A DNA stretch of 32,000 bases from Candidatus Saccharimonadota bacterium (GTDB lineage Bacteria; Patescibacteriota; Gracilibacteria; BD1-5; UBA6164): assembly GCA_004563595.2 (NCBI GenBank), contig CP042461.1, positions 210,001-242,000 on the forward strand, in the 5' to 3' direction. The stretch's first letter is position 1, and every line of letters begins with the position of its first letter. The translations under genes were made by a program, and so were the position numbers. Shown here in pieces: positions 31,260-32,000 of the stretch. The notes under the pieces are model-generated. The model was not told where the DNA came from, made no database searches, and saw nothing but the letters and a program-made list of their open reading frames with translations.

Positions 31260-32000
31260 ATGAAAACAAATACAAGAAATAAAATATATGAATATATACA
31301 GGGAAATGCACCTGTAACGATCAAAAATATAGTTGAAGTTTTTGATATTTCAAAGCAAGCAATACATATTCATGTAATGAAACTTTTTAATGAGGATAAG
31401 ATATATAAAGTATGAAAGCCACCAAAAGTATATTATTTTGCAAATGATGAAATAATAGCTCATGAAGATTCAAAGCTAATACGCACAGATACTGTAATTG
31501 AAAATAATTTTGTATTTTTTGGAGCAGATTGAATCCTAAGATATTGAAACGAATGATTTGAGCTTTGGTGTAAAAAAAGAAATCTAGATATCCAAAAAGA
31601 ATCTGAAATTTATACAAAAACTTTTGAGAAATATAAAAAATATAAAAATACTAAGTGACTTATTGATTGAAAAGTAAAAATGAGAAATACTTTTGATAAG
31701 GTATTTCTAGATGAAGTGTATTATCTAGATTTTTATAGTATTGAAAAATATTGAAAGACAATGCTATGAAATTTGATGTTGTATTGAAAACAAACTTGAG
31801 AAAAAAAGTTAGCAGAAAAAATAATTGAAATTATAAAAGAGCCTATATTCAATGTAATACAAAATAAAAAGATAGATAGCTTCGCTTTTATTCCACCAAG
31901 TATAGACAGAAAAGTTCAACTTATGAGTTTACTGAGAAGTGGTTTGAATATCAAACTTCCAGAACTTAACCCTATTAAAATCTTCAAAGATACTCCGGTT
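31260..32000 (+). CDS. winged-helix/HTH-domain protein with uncharacterised C-terminal domain (3' end lies outside the window)
   Basis: The N-terminus is KIYEYIQGNAPVTIKNIVEVFDISKQAIHIHVMKLFNEDKIYKVG. The frame stays open with TGA=Gly to the window edge. Confidence 0.5.

Noticed and set aside
1-32000. TGA read as tryptophan (code 4, Mycoplasma-like), suggested by the low GC content.
   Set aside because: TGA falls on invariant Gly positions (Walker A, GFGD filter, DxGxG, Nudix box, prepilin -1). Conserved Trp positions use TGG.
1-32000. CRISPR arrays, rRNA or tRNA genes, transposases, integrases and prophage structural genes.
   Set aside because: I saw no regularly spaced repeat arrays and no tRNA-like T-arm (GGTTCGAATCC-type) sequences. 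No recombinase-like products appeared in any re-translated frame.

Overview
This is an AT-rich bacterial segment (about 30% GC by eye). Its genes only resolve if TGA is read as glycine, i.e. translation table 25 as used by Gracilibacteria/Absconditabacteria (SR1)-type candidate phyla radiation (CPR) bacteria. The supplied standard-code ORF track is therefore fragmented and often shows wrong-strand shadow ORFs. I re-translated by hand with TGA=Gly and obtained about 36 closely packed genes, all ending in TAA or TAG. All coordinates below come from that hand translation, checked for frame against the ORF track where possible. The genes fall into six groups. (1) Housekeeping and repair genes: Nudix hydrolase, WbuC-like cupin, family-4-like uracil-DNA glycosylase, MGMT-like protein, SerC-like aminotransferase, ABC-F ATPase. 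(2) A small accessory stretch: an NYN/LOTUS protein and a Phd/RelE toxin-antitoxin pair. (3) A surface and pilus theme: two paralogous type IV pilin-like genes with large divergent C-terminal domains (one a FISUMP-type domain), prepilin peptidase, an 840-aa LysM protein, and an acyltransferase-3 gene. (4) An OmpR-type two-component system next to a secreted K/E-rich protein with two LTXXQ motifs. (5) A K+ channel and a solute symporter. (6) TetR and HTH regulators. I found no rRNA, tRNA, CRISPR array, transposase or integrase. The most notable non-coding signals are three promoters that share an identical TCTTAC-N5-TCTTAC-N10-(-10) layout around the two-component system, a roughly 330-nt promoter-to-terminator unit with no coding potential (candidate structured RNA), and two families of short intergenic repeats. 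Family assignments rest on motif recognition only; no database search was run.
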